Under the pieces are notes generated by a model. It saw nothing but the letters and a program-made list of their open reading frames with translations. It was not told where the DNA came from and made no database searches. The position numbers and the translations under genes were made by a program. Shown one piece after another: positions 51,569 to 64,000 of a stretch of 64,000 bases of DNA. Every line of letters starts with the position of its first letter. Positions within the stretch are counted from its first letter, which is position 1. Origin of the DNA: Novakomyces olei (lineage: Eukaryota); assembly GCA_016906335.1 (NCBI GenBank), contig JADEYG010000007.1, positions 2,170,001 through 2,234,000 of the forward strand, in the 5' to 3' direction.

Positions 51569-54500
51569 ATGGCGGACGATCGGCGTGACTGGCACGCGCC
51601 CGTGTCCGGGTTTGGTAAGCGGCGTCCGTATCCTCCTCAATGCAAACTGAAGAGAAGCACAGCAGTTTGCCTGCAAAGAAGGCAAACTGCAAGCAAAAAC
51701 TGCCTTTGCTCTCCAAATACCTTTGTTTCCTGCCGCTGACCTTTACAGCTGGAGGCAATTCCTCTTCCAGTCGCGACGGATCGGGCGGTGTGGCTGCTTC
51801 ACCGCCTCGTTCCGGCAATGCTGCGCCGTCGGGCACTGCTCACTCGCGTCCTTCTTCGGCCGACAATCTCAGCGTCTCTGGCGCTCCTTCTTCCTACACC
51901 GTTGGAGCCAGCGCAATGCCGGCTCAACAGCAGAGGCAGTCTCCGAATTCTGGGTCGTACATTGCGAGCCCGACCGGAGCGAGCAGTGCTCAGCCGGCTC
52001 AGCACTCTTCGCAGCCTCCGCCTCCGCCTTTTCTAGGGACTGCTGCACATGACCAATCGGGGCAGCTGCCGCCGTTCTCTCGGTACGTTTGCCCATTCAT
52101 TTGCTATTTCTCTGCTTTTGCTACTCGTGTCGTACTCCTCCTATTCTTTACCTCTGTTTCCTTTTCGTTTCCTTTTCTTTTACTATTCTTTTCCTATTAT
52201 TTTCTTACTCTTTTCCTACTCTTGTCCTATTCTCTCTACACCTCGTTTCTGTTCATTTCCATTTTCTAATTCTCATCTCCGGCTCTTTTCATCTACTAAT
52301 ACTCAGACCATCCGGCCCAGTTCTGCCACCTCCGCCGAATATGAACCCTGCACAGCAAGCGGGTGCTGGTAAGAATTTCGTTACAGCAATAGATAAAAGT
52401 CACGATTGAGACTAACGGCAGGTCGCTACTATGGATCCCAAATATCGCTGCCCAGTATGATGCAGCCCTCGTCTTTCGGGGCCGGAGCAGGCAGCAATGC
52501 GTACAGTCTGCCGGCAATACAGCCGCCCTCAATGGCTCCAGAATCCTCGGGGTACTCGTTGCAACGTCCCCTCAGCTCGGCAGGCACAAATGGGCCCGAC
52601 AGTGGTCCTCGTCGTTCGCCCCAGCAGCATACGTCCCAATTATCACCACAGCCGCCGGCTCATACTCAGCATCTGGCTTACTCTGCCTCACCGGCTCCCA
52701 CCATGGTCCCTCCGGCACCAGCAGGAGCTGCTTCTGCTGCTTCTGCTGCTTCTGCTGCTTCTGCTGCTGCTCCTCCTCCTCCTCCGTCGGCTCCACCTCC
52801 AGATACTGGTGCCGGCTACCGTCCCTTGAACGTAAGGGACGCTCTCTCCTACTTGGACCAGGTCAAGATCCAATTTTCTGATCAGCCGGACATATACAAT
52901 CGCTTCCTCGATATTATGAAGGACTTCAAGTCACAGGCAATCGATACGCCAGGCGTAATTGAACGCGTGTCCACTCTGTTTAGAGGCCACCCAAATCTTG
53001 TTCAGGGATTCAATACGTTCCTGCCTCCGGGGTACCGTATCGACTGCTCCCTGGACCCGTCTGATCCTAATCAGATCCGTGTAACTACGCCAATGGGCAC
53101 AATGACCCAGAGCAACGGCCTGGGCCAGTTGTCTGCTCCGCAATCGTCTACCCTGCGCTATGATAATGCTCAGTGGAGCCATCCTGGTATGTACCAGCAC
53201 CTGCCTCCTGCAGCTGCCTATCCCGACCAAGGATTGGGAGTGGGATACTTGCAACAACAACAACAACAACAACAGCAACAACAACAACAGCAACAACAAC
53301 AACAGCAACAACAACAACAGCAACAACAGCAACAACAACAGCAACAACAACAACAGCTACAACCTCAGTCTCAGGGCCAAGCACAGATCTCTGGCCAGTC
53401 TCTGTCTAGGCCAGACTCTATTCCTCCGCAAGAGTATGTTTACCCTGAGAACGGAGGCGGTCGGGACTCACGCAGCGGATCAATGGCACCAGAAGGCCGT
53501 CGGGGACCGGTAGAGTTCAACCATGCGATCACGTACGTAAACAAGATCAAAAACAGGTTTGCGAATGAGCCGGAGACGTACAAAAACTTTTTGGAGATTT
53601 TACAGACTTACCAGCGTGAGCAACGGCCTATCCAGGACGTTTACGCTCAGGTAACCGTCATTTTCAAAGACGCTCCTGATCTTTTGGAGGATTTCAAACA
53701 GTTCTTGCCGGAGAACAATGCAGGCCAGGCGAATGCCCTGTTTGGAATGGCTCCAAGACTGCCACCAGTCGGTAACTTTGCTCCGCCTGCGGGTCAGGCT
53801 GCCGGTGGCTCTTCCACCGTAACTCAGCAGCCTAATGCCGCTCATGCAGCAAGTACTGGTCCTGCCACTACTTCTGCCGGCACAGGAACACGGGATAAAC
53901 GTCGACGCAATAATAATAATAATACTAATACTAATACTAATAGCAATAATAGCAATTCTAATAGTAACAACAGCATCTACGATGAGCGAATACAGCCCAA
54001 TGTACCCGGCCAGCCATCAGCGCCTTCGTCACAGGCTCAAGGCCAGGGCAAGTTCAATGCGCAGAAACGGGCACGGTACTCTCAGCCAGCAAAACCCTCG
54101 TCAGCGGCAGCGGCAGCGGCAGATATGAGCAATGTCAGTCCGACGCTGGTGCCGAGTGTACCGGAACCCCTGCTTCCGCCAGCCCCGCCGCTTAAAGGCG
54201 GAATTACGCCTGAGGAAATGGCCTTCTTTGACAAGGTTAAAAAGTACCTGGCCTCCAAACAGACGTACAATGAGTTTCTCAAGGTGCTGAACCTGTTTAG
54301 TCAGGATATTCTGGACAGGGAGATGCTGGTAGAGTGTGTGGACAATTTTATAGGCTCAAACAAGGAGCTGATGGACTGGTTCAAGGCCTTTGTTGGCTGG
54401 CAGGAGGCAAAGGAGAGCTTTATTGATAACGTGCCAGCGCCTCGGCCGAGGGTAGATTTGATGCTCTGCGAGTCGTATGGGCCTAGTTACCGGCTTCTGC

Positions 54501-57500
54501 CTCGGCTGGAGGCTCAGCTGCCTTGTTCCGGTAGGGACGAGATGTGCTGGGAAGTGCTGAACGACGAGTGGGTGAGCCATCCGACATGGGCCTCGGAAGA
54601 TTCCGGGTTCGTAGCCCACCGCAAGAACCAGTATGAGGAGGCACTGCACAAGTTGGAGGAAGAGCGGTACGAGTACGATTTGAACATTGAAGCCAACTTG
54701 CGGACGATCCAGCTGCTTGAGCCGATTGCTCTGCGAATAGCCAACATGTCGGCCGAGGACAGGGCCATGTTCAAACTGCCTCCGGGCCTGGGCGGCCGTA
54801 GTATCAGCATCTACCAGAAAGTTATCCGCAAGGTGTATGACAAGGACCGTGGCCTTGAGGTAATTGCCGCCCTTCACGAGTCACCGGCAGTGGCAGTGCC
54901 TATTGTACTACGGAGGCTGAAGCAAAAAGACGAAGAATGGCGCAGAGCTCAGCGGGAATGGAACAAAGTGTGGCGGGAGACAGAGCGGCGGAACTATACG
55001 AAATCTTTGGACCACCAGGGAGTCACCTTCAAGTCGCAGGATAGGAAACAGATATCCAACAAGTCCTTTTTGGCAGAGATTGAGAGTATTAGGAGACAGC
55101 AGCGAGAAGCAAGGTCCCACCCTGGCAGGGGCAATGGTTTTGCCACAGCGGCCGCTCCAAAGTACCAGTTTGAGCAGGTCTATAGCGACATGGATGTCGT
55201 GCGCGATATACACAGACTGGCCTCGTGTTTTATAGAGCACAGCTCAAACGCATCCGCCAACGACAAGGACAAAATGCTCGGCTTTATTGTATGCTTTCTG
55301 CCTTTGTTTTTTGATCCGCCTGGCACAGTGGCAGGCAAGGGCCAAAGTGCACTTGAAAGGCAAACTGGACCCGCCAAAGACAGGCACAAGGCTGAGCCTG
55401 GAACTGAAGCTGAAGCTGGAGCTGAAGCTGAGCCAGAAGCAGAAGCAGAATCTGGTACTGAACGTGGTCAGGACGCAGTGTCGAGTGCCCAAGACCCGCA
55501 AGCGTCTGTGGCAGCAAGGCCCTCCTCACACGTGTCTGAGGGCAAACAGCTTCGGCAGCCGAGACGGGACGAAGATCTGCTGAGAGACGTGTTGCGTAAA
55601 TCGGGACGGCACAGCAGCAATGCCCGAGTCTCCGCTCGCAATTCGCGGGAGGCGAGTGTCGACAGCAGTTCAGTGGCCGATTCTTTTGCTCACGGATCTG
55701 CTGACGAGCAGAATGCCGGACTCGTTAGTGGAGGCACCAATTTGGCCGCTGTTGATACAGACGACGAGTCTGGGATTGAAGGAGCGTCGGCTTATTCGGC
55801 TCCGACAATGGCAGAGAAGGCGAGCCAAGTATGGATTCAGCACAAGAAGGAGCCGGACGGAGTCACGGACAGAGGGCGGCCTTTAATCGGCAGCGACGCT
55901 GAAGCAGGAGAGGGCAAAAGTGGGACCTTTGGAGGAGCAGCACTTGACCAGTCTCGCCCGGCTTTGGGCAATAATAATAATAATAGCAATGGCAATGGCA
56001 ATAATAATGGCAATAATAATGGCAACAACAACAACAACAATAATAATAACAACAACAACAACAACAACAGCAATGGAGGAGCATTACCACATCGTAAAAC
56101 CTTTTCGCTGTTTGGCAATACAAACATCTATTGCTTTTTCCGACTGCTCCATGTCCTGTACAGCCGATTGCAGTACTTGAAATCCATTCAGCACAGCGAG
56201 CTCAAGAACCCGTGCCTTTCCAGTGTGAATCCTGTGGCGGTAGAGTTGGGCATTAAAGCCGCTGAGCCTCCAGCGCCTCCTGCTGCGACGGTAACAGACG
56301 CGAGCAAGCCGCGGTACGAGCAGCTGCTGGATCTGGCTGAGCGGTTCATCCGAGGCGACGTTGACCAGGCGCCGTTTGAGGACGCTGTCCGGCGTCTGTA
56401 CCATACAAAAGGCTTCAGAATCTACACAGTGGACAAGGTCCTTTCTGCGTTTATGAAGCAGGTGCATACGATAGTAAACGATGCAAATATTGGAGACCTT
56501 GTGCTCTTTTTCGAGCGCGACAGGACTCAGCCGTGGACGACGCCTCGGCAGCAGATTATCTACCGTCTCCAAGCAGAGACGGTCGTGGGACCAGAGGATC
56601 CGTTGTACCGTGTAGACTGGAACACAGAGACGGAGACGGTGGCTATTCAGCTCGTGGGCAAAGACGATCTCACCGTCGACCAGACTGTCTCTGCGGAAGA
56701 ACGGTGGGCTTACTACATCGACAGCTACGTCATGTCCAGTCCAACGGAAGGCGTTCCCCTTGAGCGGATACGAAGGCCTTTTCTCGCCCGCAATTTGCCG
56801 GAAAGCGCTGCTCAGGTTTCTGAGGGGGCTGATAGGCAGGTGCTCATGGACTCGTACATCGAGTCTGGGCTCGAGATCAAGATTTGTATTATGACGTACC
56901 GTCTGTTCTACATCAGCGGGACAGAGGACCGGTTTGCCCGTGACCCGAGCCGGTCAGCGTCGCTCGACGCTGTAAATAAAGCCGCTGCAGACCGGCGAAA
57001 GCGGTTTGCAGTATGGCTCAACGACAGTGCCTCTGGCTGGCGCCAGGGGATTGATGACGAGGCAGAATTAAAGGAAATGAAGCAGTCTGCAGATCAGTTG
57101 CTGCGTCCAGACTCTGCAGAGTCAGAGGGGAATATGCAAGGCGAGCAGAATGATGGTGGCAATAACTATAATGCCAAAGATAATAACGAAAACAATAATA
57201 TTGATGACAATAATATTGATGACAATAATATTGATGACAATAATATTGATGACAATAATATTGATGACAATAATATTGATGACAATAATATTGATGACAA
57301 TAATATTGATGACAAAAATAATAAAGAAAAAGAAGAGAAATCTGCTGCGGCCGATGTCGATGGCGATGCTGAAAGACCAGGGCAAGACGATAGTGCTGAT
57401 GTGACTATGAACGATCAAATTGAAGATGAAACTGAAAGGCAAGAGGCTAAAGGGCCTATTACGGACAAGGCGACAGAGCCTTCTCCTGTGCCAGAGGCAA

Positions 57501-57565
57501 AGGACGAACAGGCGGCGCTCCTGCCCAAGGAAGAACAGGCTGATGTATCTATTCCCGACGCGTAG
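51569..57565 (+). CDS. SIN3: Sin3 transcriptional corepressor (PAH1-3, HID, Sin3_C); 3 introns at the 5' end
   Basis: PAH1 LNVRDALSYLDQVK...FNTFLPPGY; PAH2 VEFNHAITYVNKIKNRF; PAH3; HID GPSYRLLP...CSGRDEMCWEVLNDEWVSHPTWASED; start inferred by splicing three upstream exons in frame. Confidence 0.95.
53252..53356 (+). repeat. (CAA/CAG)35 polyglutamine tract in SIN3
   Basis: Seen directly. Confidence 0.98.
57194..57313 (+). repeat. Perfect 15-bp coding repeat AATAATATTGATGAC x8 (NNIDD) in SIN3
   Basis: Seen directly. Confidence 0.98.
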
Positions 57566-57787
57566 GCGTCGATAAAAGGTTCTATTACGGGCCAATCACG
57601 ATTGGCCTCGCTTGGATATGATTTAATTTATACTCTTAAAGGCCAGCTGCGTCATGTAAATAAATAACCAAATAAATAATAAATCATGTCTGAAAAACAC
57701 CTGAACCCATATTGTATACAGCACAAGGCGCTTGTATAGTAACATTGTCGGGCTATTCTCGTCATAGCAGCAGTAAGCCAGAATTAG

Positions 57788-57803
57788 TTAGGGTTAGGGT
57801 TAG
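57788..57803. promoter_or_regulatory. Telomere-like (TTAGGG)n box upstream of NPC2
   Basis: TTAGGGTTAGGGTTAG. Confidence 0.6.
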
Positions 57804-58021
57804 TTTCGCTTTTCTAACATTAACTGTTTTAACAATACCAGTGCTTTGCAAACTACTTGATTACTGACGGATATAGCGCACATACAATCAGTCAGTCAAT
57901 ACAATTAATTAATTAATTATCTAGTGTGATTCTTATACAGAGTCTAGCCTTGCTCATGTACGCCACCCTTTTAATCATAATATTGCATAATCCACTGTCG
58001 CCGCTGTCAGATCCAATCAAT

Positions 58022-58787
58022 ATGCGAATCGCTAATCTGTTCACTATTCTGCTCGCTTACGTCGCGTCTGTGGACGCGCGTTTGCAGGGCGACATCAAAT
58101 CCTTACAAACGACCGGCGAGCCTGTTCCCGGAGCGAACCCCTTGTTTCACTGTGCAGTGGAGGCGGATGCGCCCAAGGATATCCTGGAACTTCAGCAGGT
58201 GGATCTCGACCCAAATCCGCCTTTGGCCGGCTCTGAGCTGGTCATAAAGGGCCGAGGGCTGCTCAGTGAGCCAGTGCTAAACGGCTCTTTTGTATGGATC
58301 ACCGTAAAGTACAATGTTATTCGCCTACTCGACCAGCGGTTTGATTTGTGCGAACAGGTATGATCCACGTTAATTATTATTTTTATTTTGTTTTTGTTTT
58401 TGTTTTTGTTTTTCATTTTTGATTTTATTTGTTTTTAATTTTGTTGTTTCTGGTTCATTGTTCACCGCTTGTCCATATATTGCTGCACGGTCTGTTTAGG
58501 TCTGTCTGCAAATGTCTATTTCTCTTGCTTTGTATTACCTTTGCTCTATCTGATACTAACGTGAGGTGGGAAACGTCGATCTCAAGTGCCCTTTAGAAAA
58601 AGGCGAGCTGGAAATCGAGAAATCAGTCGCTCTACCGGACAAGATTCCACCAGGAATTTATACTGTGACGGCAGACGTGCGCTCGCCCGATGATCGCCGC
58701 ATCACTTGTTTAACTGCTGCAGTAGCTTTCAAGCCTTCATCACGACTGGGTAGCTTTTTGTATCAGCAGGGGGATGAAAAAGAGTAG
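58022..58787 (+). CDS. NPC2: ML-domain sterol/phospholipid transfer protein Npc2; intron 58358-58565
   Basis: Signal peptide; PVPGANPLFHC...VDLDPNPPLAG...VKYNVIRLL...DLCEQ|VGNVDLKCPLEKG...LPDKIPPGIYTV...ITCL. Confidence 0.92.
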
Positions 58788-59610
58788 AAATGCTCCAGTG
58801 CAGTCTCCGTGAATAGGTTGCAAAACACCATCTTGGCATTTGTGTCAGCATAGTCTTATATTCTGCCTTCTATTATCGCTTGGTTTTTATTTTTTTAGTT
58901 TGTCTTGCCTGATTTATGGCCTAATCTCTGGAATTCTGTTTTTGTCGAATACATTTCAATGCCAAGTATTGTCTGGTCATGGGTGTTGTTCGTAGCAAGA
59001 TTCACGGCAGGCTTATTTTCATACATGCTCTTTTTTACTACTTGTTGGCGACATGAAATTGTATATTTTGCCATGCGCGTGTTACAATAAATGTTCCACC
59101 AGAACAGCATCTGTCGTATTGCCATTTGCGCTCCGGTACAGGCTGTATCATGCGCCAGGCTTTTTTATGCTTATTGATGCATCGATTTACGTCTTGTGCG
59201 TGTCAGCCGATAAATTTTTATGCTAATGCTTGACGCGCTTTACAGAAAATCGATTTGTTCTCAAAGCGTCTAGAAAATTGCTATTTTGCCATCAATATGC
59301 TCACTCTGTCTGGAGAATTGGAATGAATTTTGGAAAGTAGGCTTTGAAAGCCTCTTATTGCTTCTAATCAAATGGGATTTAAGCTTCGTCAAACGAACGC
59401 CCTGGGATTCTGTAATTTTGTGCGGCCCTGTTGGTCCAATGACATAGTATAGCTTCTTCACTCGTATCCCTTATTCGTAATTAGTGTTTGCTCTTTGTGA
59501 TAGGCCCCACTTTATCGAGTCAAGTCCAGCAAAGTATTTTATAAAGAGCAAGACATGTGTCAAAAAGGAAGCATCCAACCTATTTGATTCGACAGGATAG
59601 ATATCAATTA

Positions 59611-60390
<780 letters not shown>

Positions 60391-60556
60391 CCTGCCGAAT
60401 GATATTTATTGATTTATACGCCCTTTCAGAGCTGTAAAATGGATATCAAAGTCGTCACATTTTACACAAGGCATGTGGCACTTGGAATGTGTATCGATAT
60501 GAACAATAGAAATACACGTACGTGTCTATAATACAATTAACAGCCGCCTGACCATA

Positions 60557-61924
60557 TTAGCCGGTCTGTAAAGCTTCATAGGCAGCTTCTCCGTCAGCGA
60601 GTAACAGCACATCGTTACCAAAGGCCAACGTTCGCAGCCCCGTTGATTCTGTAGCTGTTTGTAATAGTGCGAGCACATCATGCCTATCCCACCCATGATA
60701 ATCGTATAGGGTTGCCACAGAAAACCCTGGCGCTACCAGCTTTAGGTTGCGGCATACGTGTGGCAGTGATATGAGAATACGTTGTGCCATTCGCAAATCA
60801 AGCCTGTCTGTGCATAAGCAAGTCAGGTTCACGACCTCGTGTTTTTGTTGCCGTAGCATAAGGCAAACTGCTTTACAGAATCCATAAGATCCAGTGCAGC
60901 GCAATTGCTCAAACTGTACTACATTGAAAAGGTCTGGGGTCCAGTCCTGCGACTGCCAGTGCGCCAGAGTACGCGCATCCTCGTCCACCCGTTCATCCCA
61001 CGCCATATTGAGCCAGGCATTAGAGTTTTCCTGTGAATGTGCAATGATGGAAGGTCCTACCCGTGGATTTGATTGGACCAGTAGCTCCGTTAACAGCGGT
61101 GAAGATCGTTGAATTACGATATCCACACGGTCATCACGCTGACGCAAGTATTTAAACAAGGCATTCCATGCCTGCCGAACTTTTGGTGCCACCCACAGGT
61201 CAGGAAACTTTGGAATGTGTAGAACGATATGGCCCATTTGGCCTTGCAGCGCCTGGCACAAGTGTACGCCAGCAGCAAAAGGGGGCCGAACGAACGTTGC
61301 TGTTTCAATATGCAGAGCCTTCAGCGAGTCCATTAGCGGGACTATTGTTGGAAAGGAGGGGACACCGGGCCTGTGCTCGTCATCAAAGACTACCTCCAGC
61401 TGCAGCGGCAGATCCAGATCTTTGATTATATCCAGTCCCTCTCTCACTCCTGCGGTAGACAGCTCCTTTTCCAGTGGGCTGAGAGAGTAGTAGACTGATA
61501 TTAAGAATTTCCGGCTGTCGTGGAGTATGCGGGTATACTGAGGAGCCAATTGCCGCATTGCCTGGGCCAGCAGCATGAGCTCATTGACGCCATTGTGTGC
61601 TTGTTCGCTCGTGGCTCCGACAAGAACAGACTCACGGAGGTGCACGTGCCAGTGGTGCTGCTTCAGGACCGAGTGAGCGCAAGCGGCTGTATCCACGTCC
61701 GCATATACTCGGCGCCATCGGCCGCCGATGAGACGGTGCAGCTCGAGAGAAAGCGCATTTTCAGCTACTCGAAATCCGCCTCCTGAAACATCTTCCATAA
61801 CGATATCTCGGCATTCGCGGCTGATTTCGCGGAACCGAAGAACGGCACAGACGTCCGGGCTGTCGCGCACAAATGCATAAATGCCCTCTTTGATTTCGGT
61901 CGCTGCATCAGTCCAATTTGCCAT
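60557..61924 (-). CDS. 455-aa intronless hypothetical protein with an F-box-like N-terminus
   Basis: Long ORF; WTDAATEIKEGIYAFV...VLRFREISRECRDIV follows F-box spacing; no other recognisable domain. Confidence 0.7.
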   Translation of the reverse strand: MANWTDAATEIKEGIYAFVRDSPDVCAVLRFREISRECRDIVMEDVSGGGFRVAENALSLELHRLIGGRWRRVYADVDTAACAHSVLKQHHWHVHLRESVLVGATSEQAHNGVNELMLLAQAMRQLAPQYTRILHDSRKFLISVYYSLSPLEKELSTAGVREGLDIIKDLDLPLQLEVVFDDEHRPGVPSFPTIVPLMDSLKALHIETATFVRPPFAAGVHLCQALQGQMGHIVLHIPKFPDLWVAPKVRQAWNALFKYLRQRDDRVDIVIQRSSPLLTELLVQSNPRVGPSIIAHSQENSNAWLNMAWDERVDEDARTLAHWQSQDWTPDLFNVVQFEQLRCTGSYGFCKAVCLMLRQQKHEVVNLTCLCTDRLDLRMAQRILISLPHVCRNLKLVAPGFSVATLYDYHGWDRHDVLALLQTATESTGLRTLAFGNDVLLLADGEAAYEALQTG

Positions 61925-62325
61925 GGCACTCTGAGCCAGGCAGCAGGCCGAAAACCTGGAGAATAAAAATTACGCTATACAGAAGGAGCCTACGAATCTA
62001 ACTATTAGACGTGGGATTATGTCATTTTTGTCTATTAATCTCACAATTATGGGCAAATAATTTTAATAATATAGACATAATCTCATTTTCAATATTTATT
62101 AGCTTATAATATAAATTATTTATTAACTTAAAATATAAATTATTTATTAACTTAAAATATAAATTATTTAATATTATTAATGGTGCAGGAACTGGACACT
62201 GGCAAACAAGTCATACTATGGGCGACGATTTTTGCTTTTTAACATTAGTTTATGAATTAATTAATTAATTAATTTAAAATGAATAAAATGTATTAAAAAA
62301 GAGTACGCAACACAGGCGCAGGCGT

Positions 62326-62405
62326 AAACCTACGATTGTTGTGAATTGCTGTGCAAACCTACAATCGTTGTGCAAACTTACGATTGTTGTGCAAACCTAC
62401 GATTA
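62326..62405. repeat. 19-bp repeat AAACCTACGATTGTTGTGC, about 4 imperfect copies
   Basis: Seen directly. Confidence 0.85.
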
Positions 62406-62631
62406 TTATAGTACCAATTCTCGTTTTCAAACCATGCCACTATGCTAACACAGTACTGTTCAAAGGTGTAGGTCCAGTAACTACTCTGAATCATGGTAGA
62501 TTGCACGCTGTACCGCCCACACCGTACTGTATCTAGCGCAACCCCAACCAATTAATGCATATCCGCCAGCAAAGCACCCCAAGTCTCTCCCCAATGCCCC
62601 ATATTTACAGCCTCACCGAGCCCCGTTCCGT

Positions 62632-63161
62632 TCATGAGTCACCTGAATTTGTGTACCGCTGCACTGCTATCTGCTGTGCCGCGTCGGTAGCGATAGCACT
62701 AGCTATCGCTACCTGCGCAGCATTGTCACGCGTGCCTATACATGTGCTCCCGATGTACCGTTTGTCCGATGGATTGAGCAGTATCTGATCCGCAGTGATC
62801 GTGTCCTTGACCGATCGATCACACACTATTTGGTTTGCTTGGATAACAAGTGTGTCTGGCTGAGAAGGCCGACTGTAGCACGCAGTGACCCGCTCAGGCA
62901 AGCCCATTTGCAGCCTCAATGCGATCTCGATTGCGCAGCTCTGAGCGACAGAAAGCCGAGCTATGCTCGTGCCTCGGTTCGCTGCAGCCGCGTGGTTAGG
63001 CAGATTGCTGGTGACGAGAACACCGTCTTCGTCGGTTATAAAGGCCGAGACGTTGTCGCTGGGACATATTAGCGACTTGGTCTCAATTCCAAATCTTCTG
63101 CTTACGCGTCGACAACGGACGAGAGAGACGGCTGCCGCAGATCGGCGGCAGTATCCGTCAT
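62632..63161 (-). CDS. ~160-aa putative roadblock-fold protein, LAMTOR3/MP1-like; intron 63059-63105
   Basis: GTAAGC...GCTAATATGTCCCAG intron joins MTDTAADLRQPSLSSVVDA to DNVSAFITDEDGVLVTS...IEIALRLQMGLPERVTACYS...LVIQANQ; gene model solid, family call tentative. Confidence 0.6.
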
Positions 63162-63338
63162 TGCTGCGGCCGCACTATTACCGTACTCAAGCGTGTTTGA
63201 TGCCTCGCCGCTCGTGGAAACGGCACACAGGTTTAATATGAGGTTTAATATGAGATTTATTGAGATTTATTGAGATTTATTGAGATTTAATAAGAGATTT
63301 AATATGCGGATTTTGGTATAGTGGAACCCAAACTTATA

Positions 63339-63354
63339 TTAGGTTTAGGGTTAG
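63339..63354. promoter_or_regulatory. Telomere-like box in the divergent promoter of the LAMTOR3-like gene and SHY1
   Basis: TTAGGTTTAGGGTTAG. Confidence 0.55.
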
Positions 63355-63469
63355 CTAGTATAATAGCAATAATATTGATAAAGCAAAAAAATCTAACGTG
63401 TAAAGATACAGTATGTAATAAATAGCTGACGCTGCGAATAAGCCGTTTGCTCATATTTGGGGTCATAGA

Positions 63470-64000
63470 ATGTGGCGGTCGTCAGGGCAACGCCGCATTA
63501 TCGGCTGCTGGCGCAGCCTGCGCAGTGGTCCGAGAACAGTGTTTACAGCAGTGAGCAAAGATAGCGTAGACCAACGGCCGAATCGCGGTCTTGGTTTCAA
63601 AGCGTTTATGTGTAAGTGACGAAAGATGCACGGGTTGATACGGGATTGGCAAGTGGGAATGGTCCGAGGTCTAACGCGTCTAGTCACAATGCCAATTGTT
63701 TCGTTCGCGTTGGGTACTTGGCAAGTACAGCGGCTAAAACAGAAAACGGATTTGATAAATGATTATACTGCCAGACTCGAGATGCCCCCGGTAATATTGC
63801 CTTCACAAGTAGAGTATGTCAAACAGCTTTTTATTCATTTAATTATTTATTTATTCATTTTTACATTTTTTCATTATTCATTCATTCATTCATTTTTTTG
63901 TTTGTTTGTTTTGGCGAGCAGTTTGCTAAATGATGTGAAGTCCGGATAATTTAGGGAAATACGATTACCGCAAGATACTAGTCAAGGGTCGTTTTCGTAA
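63470..64000 (+). CDS. SHY1: SURF1/Shy1 cytochrome c oxidase assembly factor, 5' part; 2 introns
   Basis: Arg-rich presequence; MPIVSFALGTWQVQRLKQKTDLI...LPSQV|DPDNLGKYDYRKILVKGRF. Confidence 0.9.

Noticed and set aside
52497..57595. Poly-Leu, poly-Thr, poly-Cys and IIVIN ORFs overlapping SIN3
   Set aside because: Alternative-frame and antisense readings of coding repeats

Overview
Gene-dense, intron-rich fungal (ascomycete) genomic DNA. It contains about 33 protein-coding loci, mostly housekeeping, and about 70 inferred spliceosomal introns, most 40-60 nt plus a class of 100-540 nt low-complexity ones. The gene set (PRCC, RED, PPIH, Vps3844-like, NDUFAF7, a LAMTOR3-like protein) and the many short introns suggest an early-diverging ascomycete such as Taphrinomycotina; this placement is inference only. 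I could not support any tRNA, rRNA, snRNA, transposon or CRISPR array. All gene calls come from motif recognition and manual splicing, not database searches. Most notable: (1) telomere-type TTAGGG tracts recurring 70-225 bp upstream of start codons; (2) a different, private tandem repeat in many promoters, and sense-strand (TTTA)n expansions in introns; (3) relaxed splice signals (many AAG acceptors, one GAG acceptor, one GC donor); (4) an intron-split LAMTOR3-like gene only partly caught by the ORF track; (5) a disrupted tandem paralog of NPC2; (6) a ValRS with two in-frame starts and no C-terminal arm; (7) orphan F-box-like and secreted proteins. I found no clearly novel multi-gene system. 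The promoter telobox and repeat architecture is the best candidate.
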